Made by a program: the position numbers and the translations under genes. From positions 52,826,001 through 52,890,000 of the forward strand of contig CM059432.1 of NCBI GenBank assembly GCA_030390025.1: a stretch of DNA of 64,000 nucleotides, read 5' to 3'. Origin of the DNA: Squalus acanthias (lineage: Eukaryota). Shown here one piece after another: positions 35,701-47,700 of this stretch. Each line of letters starts with the position of its first letter. The first letter of the stretch is position 1. Under the pieces are notes generated by a model. That model saw only the letters and a list, made by a program, of their open reading frames with translations, had not been told where the DNA came from and made no database searches.

Positions 35701-38700
35701 ACTGACGAAAACATGGGCTTTTCCGCGGCAATATCGCTGCTAAATGTTAAGCCTCGTTGGAACAGGTGTAACTGGGGTTTTTAAACAGCGTATTGACTGG
35801 TAAACAAATGCTCCGTCCCTGAAAAACTAATTTTTATATTTGTGGAATGTCAAATTTCACATTATGATAAAAATTACAATTTTTAAAACCATAGAAACAT
35901 AGAAAAATAGGAGCAGGAGTAGGCCATTCGGCCTTTCGAGACTGCTCCGCCATTCAGTATGATCATGGCTGATCCTCTATCTCAATACCATATTCCCGCT
36001 CTCTCCCCATACCCCTTGACGCCTTTTGCATCTAGAAATCTATCTATCTCCTTCTTAAATATATTCAGTGACTTGGCCTCCACGGCCTTCTGTGGTAGAG
36101 AATTCCATAGGTTCACCACCCTGAGTGAAGAAACTTCAAAAAAAAATTCAAAAAAGTTTGTTCATGATATTTCTGCTTCTACCTTATCCCCACGCGGGAG
36201 TAGCAATCTTTATTTCGCTCTCTAACATTTTTAAAAAGTCCAGTTAAATAGCAGCTTCTCATTTTCTGGTTTCCTGTCCAAGAATTCTGCAACGTGATTG
36301 GCTGTTTAGACAGCTTGTTGACATCACAGCAGCACCGCACTAGGAATTCCCATGACCGAGCACTGAAATCAATTGAAAGTTGAAAAAGGCAAACTTCTTG
36401 CCACAGAGATCGCAAGATCTTGGTGGACAGCTTTCTTCGGGGCGAGACGCGAGAGCCTTTCCTTCGCTGCTGACCGCAAATTACAGGCCGATGTATACCA
36501 ATTGATTTTGCATCTCATCTGAAAGACGGTATTGTAGACAAAATAATATTTTTACCATTAAAAATTATTCACTGCATAAAAATAAACAATGCTGGACTTT
36601 TACATTACTTATGTTAAGCATTGCAGGACTTTTACGTTACGTTACTTGTGACATGGACCATGAGGCCGGTATCGGGAGCAACAGGAGAGAACAGTGAGTA
36701 TTTAAACTCACATTCGTGGGCTTTTTTTTTTATACAGAGGCCGGTGTCGTGAGGAACAGGAGAGAACAGTGAGTATTTAAACTCACTTTTGCGGGCTTTT
36801 TTTTTTTAAAAACAGAGGCTTACCAATCTCAGACCGGTGGCGGCGTTCCAAAGCCACGTCACGATTCAAAAAGTGACGCGGGCAAGAGGAAGCAGCTGAT
36901 TGGGTGAGTATGGCCAGGTGAGTATTTATACTACTCTACAGTTTGACAGTTAAAGTTAATAGTTTATAAAGTTTAGAAGGTCTTAATTTTTGTGGTTATA
37001 CTTTCTAAGGTCTCTGTTGTGTAGCGGGGAGTGCTCGTAAACAAGGGCCCTTGAGTATATCATTTAATTAGTGTAATTAGTGGTATTGATTTGATTTAAT
37101 TTAATTTAAATTAATTAAAGGGTAAGTCATGGCAGCACAGCTCGGCCCCGTGGCATGCTCCTCCTGCACTGTGTCCCTGACGACCATGTGTGTGGGAAGT
37201 GTATCCAGCTGCAGCTTCTGGCAGACCGCATTGCAGCGCTGGAGCTGCGAATGGATACATACTGGAGCATTCGCGATGCTGAGGACATCGTGGATAGCAC
37301 GTTTAATGAGTTGGTCACACCGCAGGTAAAGGCTGCACAGGCAGGAAGGGAATGGGTGACCGCCAGGCAGAGTAGTAGGCGCAGGCAGGGGTCCCCTGTG
37401 GCCATCCCCCTCTCAAACAGATATACCACTTTGGATATTGTTGAGGGAGATGGCTTATCAGGGGAAGGCAGCAGCAGCCAACTTCCTGACACCATGGGTG
37501 GTTCTGCCGCACAGGACGGGAGGAAAAAGAGCGGGAGAGCTATAGTGATAGGGGATTCTATTGTAAGGGGAATAGATAGGCGTTTCTGCAGCCGCAAACG
37601 AGACTCCAGGATGGTATGTTGCCTCCCTGGTGCAAGGGTCAAGGATGTCTCGGGGCGGCTGCAGGGCATTCTGGAGGGGGAGGGTGAACAGCCAGTTGTC
37701 GTGGTGCATATAGGTACCAACGATATCAGTAAAAAATAGGATGAGGTCCTAAAAGCAGAATATAGGGAGTTAGGAGGTAAATTAAAAAAATAGGACCTCA
37801 AAGGTAGTAATCTCAGGATTGCTACCAGTGCCACGTACTAGTCAGAGTAGAAATAGAAAGATATTTCAGATGAATACGTGGCTAGAGGAATGGTGCAAGG
37901 GGGAGGGATTCAAATTCCTGGGACATTGGAACCGGTTCTGGGGGAGGTGGGACCAGTACAAACTGGACGGTTTGCACCTGGGCAGGACCGGGACCGATGT
38001 TCTAGGGTAAGTGTTTGCTAGTGCTGTTGGGGAGGGTTTAAACTAAAATGGCAGGGGGCTGGGAACCTGTGCAGGGAGACAGAGGCAAGGGAAGCAAGGA
38101 TAGAAACAAAAGACAGGAAGGAGAAAAGCAAAAGTGGAAGGCAGAGAAATCAAGGATGTAAATCAAACAGGGCTACAGTAAATAATAATTCTAAAAGGAC
38201 TAAGAGTGTTAAAAAAACCAAGCCTGAAGGCTTTGTGTCTTAATGCGAGGAGCATTCGTAATAACGAATGGCAACACGGTGGCATAGTGGTTAGCACTGT
38301 TGCCTCACAGCGCCAGGGACCCGGGTTCGAATCCGGCCTCGGGTGACTGTCTGTGTGGAGTTTGCACATTCTCCCCGTGTCTGCGTGGGTTTCCTCCGGG
38401 TGCTCCGGTTTCCTCCCACAGTCCAAAGATGTGCGGGTTAGGTTGATTTGGCTATGATAAATTGACCCTTAGTGTTAGGGGGATTAAATACATGGGGTTA
38501 CGGGGATAGGGTGGGATATGTGTCGGTGCAGGCTCGATGGGCCGAAATGGCCTCTATCTGCACTGTGGGGATTCTGTGAATAAGGTGGATGAATTAGTTG
38601 CGCAAATAGATGTAAACAGATATGATATAATTGGGATTATGGAGACATGGCTCCAGGGTGACCAAGGCTGGGAATTCAACTTCCAGGGGTATTCAATATT

Positions 38701-41700
38701 CAGGAAGGACAGGCAAAAAGGAAAAGGAGGTGGAGTAGCATTGCTGGTTAAAGAGGAGATTAACACAATAGTAAGGAAGGATATTAGCTCTGATGCTGTG
38801 GAATCTGTATGGGTAGAGCTGAGAAATACCATGGGGCAGAAAACGTTAGTGGGAGTTGTATACAGACCCCCAAACAAAAATGCTGAGGTTGGGGATGGCA
38901 TTTAATGGGAAATTAGAGACGCGTGCAATAAGGGCACAGCAGTCATCATGGGTGACTTTAATCTACATATAGATTGGGCTAACCAAATTAGTAACAATAC
39001 TGTGGAGGAGGAATTCCTAGAGTGTATACGGGATGGTTTCCTGGACCAATATGTCGAGGAACCAACTAGAGATCAGGCCATCTTAGACTGGGTATTATGT
39101 AACGAGAAAGGATTAATTAGCAATCTTGTTGTGAGAGGCCCCTTGGGGAGGAGCGATATGATTGAATTCTTGATTGAGATGGAGAGTGAAGTAGTTGACT
39201 CAGAGACTAGGGTCCTGAATTTAAATAAAGGAAACTACGATGGTATGAGGCGCGAGTTGGCTAGGATGGATTGGGGAGCGTTACTTAAAGGGTTGACGGT
39301 GGATAGGCAATGGCAAACATTTAAAGATCGCATGGATGAACTACAGAATTTGTTCATCCCGGTTTGGCATAAAAATAAAACAAAAAAGGTGACTCAACCG
39401 TGGCTAACAAGGGAAATTAGCGATAGCATAAGATCCAAAGAGAAGACATATAAATTGGCCAGAAAAAGCAGCAAACCTGAGGATTGGGAGCAGTTTAGGA
39501 TTCAGCAAAGGAGGTCAAAGGGATTAATTAAGAGGGGGAAAATTAATTAAGAGGGGGAAAATAGAATCTGAGAGTAAGCTTGCAGGGAACATAAAAACCT
39601 GACTGTAAAAGCTTCTATAGATATGTAAAGAGAAAAAGATTGGTGAAGTCAAGCGTAGGTCCCTTGCAGTCAGAATCAGGGGAATTTATAATGGGGAACA
39701 AAGAAATGGCAGACCAATTAAATACATACTTTGGTTCTGTCTTCACAAAGGAGGACACAAATAAACTCCCAGAGATGTCAGGGAACATAGGGTCTAATGA
39801 GAGGGAGGAATTGAATGAAATCAGTATTTGTAGGGAAATGGTGTTAGGGAAATTGATGGGATTGAAGGCCGATAAATCCCCAGGGCCTGATAATCTACAT
39901 CCTAGGGTACTTAAGGAAGTGGCCCTAGAAATAGTAGATGCATTGCTGGTCATCTTTCAAAATTCTATAGACTCTGGAACAGTTCCCATGGATTGGAGGG
40001 TAGCTAATGTAACCCCACTATTTAAAAAAGGTGGGAGAGAGAAAATGGGGAATTATAAGCCTGACATCGGTAGTGGGGAAAATGCTAGAGTCCATTATAA
40101 AAGATGTAATAGCAGAGCACTTGGAAAACAGTGACAGGATCGGACAAAGTCAACATGGATTTACAAAAGGTAAATCATGCTTGACTAATCTACTGGAATT
40201 TTTTGAGGATGTAACTGGTAGAATAGATAAGGGAGAACTAGTGGATGTGGTGTATTTGGACTTTCAGAAGGCTTTCGATAAGGTCCCGCATAAGAGATTA
40301 GCGTGCAAAGTTAAAGCACATGGGATTGGGGGTAAGGTACTGACTTGGATAGAGAACTGGTTGGCAGACAGGAAGCAAAGAGTTGGAATAAACGGGTCTT
40401 TTTCCGAGTGGCAGACAGTGACTAGTGGGGTACCACAGGGATCAGTGCTAGGACCCCAGCTATTCACAATATATATTAATAATCTAGACGAGGGAATTAG
40501 ATGTAATATCTCCAAGTTTGCAGATGACACAAAGCTGGGTGGGCGTGTGTGCTGTGAGGAGGATGCAGAGAAACTCCAGTATGATTTGGACAGGTTGGGT
40601 GATTGGGCAGATGCATTATAATGTGGATAAATGCGAGGTTATCCACTTTGGTGGCAAAAGCAGGAAGACAGATTATTATCTGAATGGCAATAGATTGGGA
40701 AAAGGGGAAGTGCAACGAGACCTGGGTGTCCTTGTGCACCAGTCGCTGAAGGTAAGCATGCAGGTGCAGCAGGCGGTTAAGAAGGCAAATGGTATGTTGG
40801 CCTTCATAGCGAGAGGATTCGAGTACAGGAGCAAGGATGTCTTGCTGCAGTTGTACAGGGCCTTGGTGAGACCACACCTGGAGTATTGTGTGCAGTTTTG
40901 GTCGCCTTATCTGAGGAAGGATGTTCTTGCCATGGAGGGAGTGCAGCGAAGATTCACCAGACTGATACCTGGGATGGCAGGAATCACGTATGAGGAGAGA
41001 TTGGGTCGATTGGGCTTATATTCGCTAGCGTTTAGTAGAATGAGAGGGGATCTCATTGAAACGTATAAAATTCTAACAGGACTAGACAGACTAGATGCAG
41101 GAAGGATGTTCCCGATGGCGGGGGAGTCCAGAACCAGGGGTCACAGTCTAAGGATAAGGGGTAAGCCATTTAGGACTGAGATGAGGAGGAATTTCTTCAC
41201 CCAGAGAGTGGTGAACCTGTGGAATTCTCTACCACAGAAGGCAGTTGAGGCTAATTCATTAAATATATTCAAGAAGGAGTTAGATATATTTCTTAAGGCT
41301 AAAGGGATCAAGGGATATGGGGAGAAAGCAGAGACAGGGTACTGAATTTGGATGATCAGCCATGATCTCATTGAATGGCGGAACAGGCTCGAGGGGCCGA
41401 ATGGCCTACTCCTGCTCCTATCTGCTATGTTTCTATGTTAAGCATTGTTTTAAGTAGTAAGTACAATAAAACAAGTAATTAGCAATTGTCAACATGTTGA
41501 GTTTGTAATCTTTGTGGGCCATTGAGATCAACTGTTTCTCCAAAGGGAGAAAAGGAAATTAATTACTTTAAAAAAGTTAGTGGCCAGCTTTGGTAGCAGG
41601 TGTCCTATTGCTCTCGGTCAAAATAGTTTAAAAAAATGATTTGCTGTTTGATATAAGCAGTTTTCAAAGTTACATAAAAGTTGCACTCATTTCAACCATC

Positions 41701-44700
41701 ACTGACATTGAAGGCATACATACTCTGACATTTCTAACCACACATCAATGGTTGAAATTAAAGCATGGTTGTTTAAGACTAAGCTCATCAAGAAATTAGA
41801 GTGTTTATGTACCAGCTTTCTAAAGTCTGAATTACTCAGATTGGAAATCTGATCGCAAACCCCAAAATAGGAACTGGGCAGACATACATAACGAGCCAGA
41901 ATTTGCTTTAGTAGGGCATCTAACAGTGTGTGCCATTACTTAGACTTAGAATTCCATTGCCCTGCATCTTCCTCAGATCCAAATATTTCTCCAATTTTCC
42001 CTTTAAAAAATTCAATGGTTTCTGCCTCAAACACCTTCTGCGGCAAAGCATTCCATGCTCCAACAACCCCATGTAGAGCAGTATGTCCTATCCTCACTGA
42101 TGATTTTAAATTATGATCCTGTGTCATTGACCCCCAACCCTACATTATTTTAAAAATCTCTATTAAATCTCCTATTAGCCTTCGCTGCTCCACTGGAAAA
42201 GTCCCAGTATCTCAAGTCTCAACTATAGTTTCCCATATTTGCGAATTTACGTTCATAGAATCAGAGAATGATACAGGAGAGAAGGAGACAATTCGATCTA
42301 TCGTGTTTGAGTTGGCTCTTTGGTAGAGCTATCCAATTAATCCCAGTCCCCTACTCTTTTCCCATAGCCCTGTACACTCTTTTCCCTTCAAGTATTTATC
42401 CAATTCTTTTCTGAATGTTACTATTGCATCTGCTTCCACCACCCTTTCAGGCAGTGCATTCCAGATCACAATAACTTCCTGTGTAATAAAATGTTTCCTC
42501 ATGTCGCCTCTGATTCTTTTGCCAATTACCGTAAATCTGTGTCCTCTGGTAACCGACCCTTCTGCCACAAGAAACAGTTTCTCCTTATCTACTCTATCAA
42601 AACCATTCATGATTTTGAACACCCTCTATAAATCTCCTCCTAACCGTCTCTGCTCTAAGGAGAACAACCCCAGCTTCTCTAGTCTTTCCACATAACTGAA
42701 GTCCCTTATCCTCGGTACCATTCTAGTAAATCCCTTCTGCACCCTCTTCAAGGCCTTGACATCCTAGTGTAATGTCCAGAATTGAACATAATACTCCAGC
42801 TGAGGCGTAACCAGTGTTTTATAAAAGGTTTAACATAACTTCTTTGCTTTTGTACTCTATGCCTCGATTAATAAAGCCAAGGATCTCATATGCTTTTTTA
42901 AAAAAAAAAGCCTTCTCAACTTGCCCTGCCATCTTCAAAGACTTGTGTACCTACACTCCTAGGTCTCTGTTCCTGCACCCCCTTTAAAATTGTACCATTT
43001 AGTTTGTATTGCCTCTCCTCATTCTTCCTACCAAGATCTATCACTTCACACTTCTCTGCGATAAATTTCATCCGCTTCATATCTGCCCATTTTACCAGTA
43101 TGTCTATGTCCTCTTGAAGTCTGTTACTATCCTCTTCATTGTTTGTAACATTTGCAATCCTCCAGCACCACCCCCATAGCCAAGGAGGATTGGAAGATTG
43201 CTCTACACGCTCTATAGTTTTAAACGTTGTTTCTATAATGGGGTGCCCAAAACAGCTGTGAAACATTAGTTAGACCACAGCTAAGAGTAGTGTGTGTAGA
43301 TTTGGGAACCCCATTATAAAAAGGACATTAAAGCTATAGTATGCTCTTAAGAGAAAAGGCGAAGGAAAATACCTTTTGTTGTAAAAAGACCAGTGGGCCT
43401 GAAGCCCCCCTTCAAAATACTTATTTGAGTCTGATACTAAAACAGATGTCAAAAACTACTAAATACCAGTGCTCCTCTAAAAAGAATACCCATCAAATGT
43501 GCAACACAAAAGAAACTAAAAAATAAACTAGTTAGGGGAAATTCTCTCTGCTTCATTGTCCTCCAACCAAGGAGGTGTAGTTATTTGTCCTTTCCCAGTC
43601 CTGACTATTTTGAGTCGATCTACTTGGCTGATAACTACTGAAAAAACTCAACTGGCAGAAGAAAATCACCCCCCTCAATATATAGGCCCCAAACACAGAT
43701 TTCACAGCCTTTATGCTCACGTTCCATAATCTTATATTACCCATGATACTATAATCTGGAGGGGGCAAAGAGACTAACTGCTTCTTGAACTGACAGAAAG
43801 AAGACCCGCAGCGTGAATAATACAGTAAAAGCCTTGAAAGCCACAATATAGATAACCAAGTACAATAAATGTATGAGAATTAAAGCTCAACAAAAAGAGC
43901 TTCACTGCTTACAGTGGTGAAAAGGTAGCTCAGTTTAATCTTCTCAAAATTGTCAAAATCCAATGGGATACAGTTAAACTGAATATTTCATAACCACAAA
44001 CACTTAGTGGTCATGAACTCAGCTGAAATGGGGGGAGTTGGAGAAACCATTTAGATTTAGCTATTTCATTTATGTGCTTAGGAGAAATGGAAGCAGAAGC
44101 CAAATTCAAGAGGGAGCCAGATAGCTTTTTAGCAAATGGAACTAATTTGGGGTATGGGATAATTTTAAACTTTGGAACAGGACAGATGGAATATAATGAT
44201 CTTTTCAAATTTTTTTTTTCTAGGTCCATATGAAATTGTGAAAGAATCCATTTCCAAATGCTATTGCTTTATCATTCTAATTCTGCAATTAACAGGAATT
44301 TGTAGAGCACGGCCATTTGTAAATTAAATGCACCGTTCACCCCACTTTAATAACTATATTAATCTTTGGAACAAAAAAGGCAAAGAACATGTGGAATAGA
44401 TCATTCGACAAATGCTTGCTTAAGGTTGCACTTTTTTTTAAACTATAGAAAACAGTACATTATAGGACACAACTTTAAAGCAACCACAGAACAAAACTAT
44501 ATACTGAATGGCGTTTTAAGTTCGAGAGTCACTTTGATCAATCAGATTGCTGAAGCAGACTCCTCTTTTAGCCAATCACAATGACTCCCCAATAGCCTGT
44601 AGGCTTTCCCCAAATGAGTTAAACTAAATTAAACTTACTGAAATAACAGAAGATCCTTGGTTGAGTTCAAACTCCAGATGGCTGAATTTTCCCTGAAACT

Positions 44701-47700
44701 GAGGAATCTCACCATCACCTTCAGTCGTACTTTTAATTGTAACCACCAATTTGCCACACATATCCTTGCCAGCTGCATTGTTATATTCATCCTAATTGCA
44801 AAGAACAAACACAAAGAAGCCTTGTATGCATTACTTTATCAAATGTCTTAATAAGTAAATCAGGTCTAGATGTTAATTCAAGTGAATATACCTATCTGCA
44901 AGGAAAGATGCAAGGCTTTTTTTTGTAAGAGGGCAAGGGGGAAGGAATGAAAGCACAAACTACAAGTTAAAGAAAAAAATTGACCAGAAGGAATAATACT
45001 TTAAAATTACTCACAGGCCCAGTAGTTTGGGGGCACAGGTGTGGTAAAACAATCCACTGAAGTTTCAGGAACCAACAAAAATGGAGAAGATCAAAGCAAG
45101 AATGGTCAGGACAGGAGGGAGAAGAGCAAATTGCGAGAGGAGGGAACAGAACAAATGCTATCAGCAAAGTAGGGATTTGATTAATGGGAAGTGGGGGAGG
45201 AAGGATTTAGATAAATGGAGCTGTGATAGGAGGAATCTGATCAACAGAATGTGGTACCTCGCTACGCAGTCACGCTTGGAGGTGAAGGGAGATTTAGATC
45301 AAATAGGTTTGGGTCCTGGCCACATGGGACAGTTTTAAAAAAAGTAAAATGTTAATTTTGAAACAAAGCTAAAATTATAAGCAGAAAATTAAAAATGGCT
45401 GCAACATGTGTTCGAGTGGATCTGATTGCTCCATTATGCAGATAGCATAGATCAAACATTAGATGCTCATTACAGTATTAGACATAGATAACAGATGAGT
45501 TTTTCTTTAAATAAACAGATGAGAAAGCATGTTTTGCACAGCAAAGGTTCCCAAACTTTTTATGCAGAGCCCCCCTTCGGAGATTCATATCCCATGTGTT
45601 CCCCCCCTTTTTCTACCTACCCTGCTCATACATCAGCAATTTGTATCTGCAGCTGCTAAAGCTAATGTTTACAAAAGCCATCGATGTCGCCTCTTGTAGC
45701 CAGGGTCTATCTCAACATAGTGCTGGATACTTGAAACCCGTCAATTTGTATAAGCGGATGTTGGACCTCAGAGCTGCTTCTCGTGCAAGAGCAAAGCAGC
45801 TCTTGCTAAATTCATACTCCAGTCGTATGAACATAGTTACACTTCCACTATTCCTTAAGTGGACTTCAAAAATTTCCATTGTAATTCCATCATCTTTTTG
45901 ACATATCTTTCACTTAAACCTCCCTAGTTCCTTTCCCATTGGCTCAAAGTAGGCCCTTCTAAAATCTTTTGTTATTAAATCTAACTATACAATGATCATT
46001 AGGTCCTAAGTTTTCAATGACTTCCAGGTAACTAATCATTTCTAGTACACTGAAATTAACATCTGCTCAGTACCTTGCTTTACATGTTGCTCCAAGAAGC
46101 AGTAATATTTGTACACTTTCCCCCACCCCTTTTCTTGGTTGTCATCGTGTATTTATTTTACCTCTCATACTGACATCCTCCATAATTCATAATTAGAGCA
46201 CTGTAATTTCCTGTAGTCTTGTTTCTTGCCTGATTTTGCCATTTCCTGGTTTGACTTAAATTGGTAGTTATCAGCTGCTAACTACATTGATGCTCTATTT
46301 TTATTAAAATTGTTTACACCATTATTTCTGCGACGAAAGCAGAGCTTCATATAAAATGTCTATTATATCTATTTTCTATGAAATCTTAGGCTAGTCATTA
46401 TACTGCCAGCGATATCTCCAGGGGAAGCTCACTATATCTGAAGAAAACTCAGAAATTTTAAGGATCATAATAGATCACTCTGGCCCACCTGGCTAATTGC
46501 AATGTCTAGGAAAGGTATCTCTCCTACTCATTTCTCAAATGTTGCTAGGTACTTAGCCAACTTTCTCAAATTTGCTGATCCATTCAGTCCAACGCAGAGT
46601 TAAATTTAAACCATGTTTTCATCCTCTCTCCTTCTAGGTTTGAGGCCATGCCCTCGTGTAGTATCTGTGACTATAGTAAGCATAAACATTCTTTACGTAT
46701 TCTTTACCGGGCTGGGACCAGTGTCCTGGCGAATTGAATAACTAGGGCTGTAGATAGGGCTTTAAAGTAAAAAGTGTGGGGGGGGGGGGGGGGGGGGGAG
46801 ATGGTGTGTCAGGTGAGGGGAAATTTAGAATTCTAAAGAGAAAAGTCAATGCAATGGAGCAGTGTAGTGATTTGGGTAAAGATAAGCAGAATTTGACAGG
46901 AAGGTACAGAGAGTTTAAAGGTAATAATACATCAGCGAATAAGGTGAAAGCAGGGAATAATGATAAAAAGTAAAAATTAAAGGCTCTTTATCTGAATGCA
47001 TGAAGCATTCGTAACAGGATAGTCGAATTAGTGGCACAAATAGAGATAAATGGCTTTGATCTAATAGCCATTACAGAGACATGGTTGCAAGGTGACCAAG
47101 GTTGGGAACAAAATATTCCAGGGTACTTGACCTTTTGAAAAGACAGGCAGAATGGAAAAGGAGGGTAGCCCTAATAATAAAGGATGACATAAGGACAACA
47201 GTGAGAAAGGATCTTGGCTTGGAAGATCAGGAAGTAGAATCAGTATGGGTGGAGATAAGGAAAAACAAGGGGCATAAAATACTGGTGGGAGTAGTTTATA
47301 GGCCCCCTAACAGTAACTAGATCATTGGACAGAATGAATCAACAAATAATAGGAGCTTGTAACAAAGGTAATGCAATAATTGTGGGGGGACTTTATTCTT
47401 CATATAGACTGGGAAAATCAAATTGGCAAAGGTAGTCTGGAGGACGAGTTCATGGAATGCATTAGAGACAGTTTCCTAGAACAATACGTTGTGGAACCAA
47501 CCAGGGAACATGCGATTTTAGATCTTGTATTGTGTAATGAGACAGGGTTAATTAGTAATCTCATATTAAAGGATCCTCTGAGGAAGAGTGATATCATAAT
47601 ATCATAGAATTTCACTTTAGGAATGAGAGTGACATACTTAAGTCCAAAACTAGAGTCTTAAACTTAAATAAAGCCAATTACATAGGTATGAGGAGTGAGT

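Larger units (their letters stand above)
36624..41433 (+). mobile_element. Full-length CR1 LINE (5'UTR, ORF1 Zn-finger/leucine zipper/SGNH esterase, ORF2 EN-RT), inactivated
   Basis: 14-bp TSD TATGTTAAGCATTG at 36610-36623 and 41434-41447; ORF1 from 37129 (CSSC..CGKC, GDSIVRG, GTND, DGLH); ORF2 about 38230-41345 ([29 protein letters not shown]); stops and frameshifts. Confidence 0.95.

Noticed and set aside
36662..36815. Repeat-spacer-like pattern (CRISPR-like)
   Set aside because: Only two tandem monomers without unique spacers, in a eukaryotic LINE 5'UTR; no cas genes
37127..37834. 235-aa minus-strand ORF
   Set aside because: Antisense shadow of CR1 ORF1; no independent coding signal
40031..41345. 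Reverse transcriptase as part of a novel RT-based system
   Set aside because: Ordinary frameshifted CR1 ORF2 with endonuclease, tail and TSD
45596..45905. Coding-looking stretch open on both strands next to a hAT-like end (ggttcccaaactttt)
   Set aside because: No recognisable domain or splice sites, and the SMCHD1 exon chain is complete without it; probably an old TE fragment, unassignable without a search
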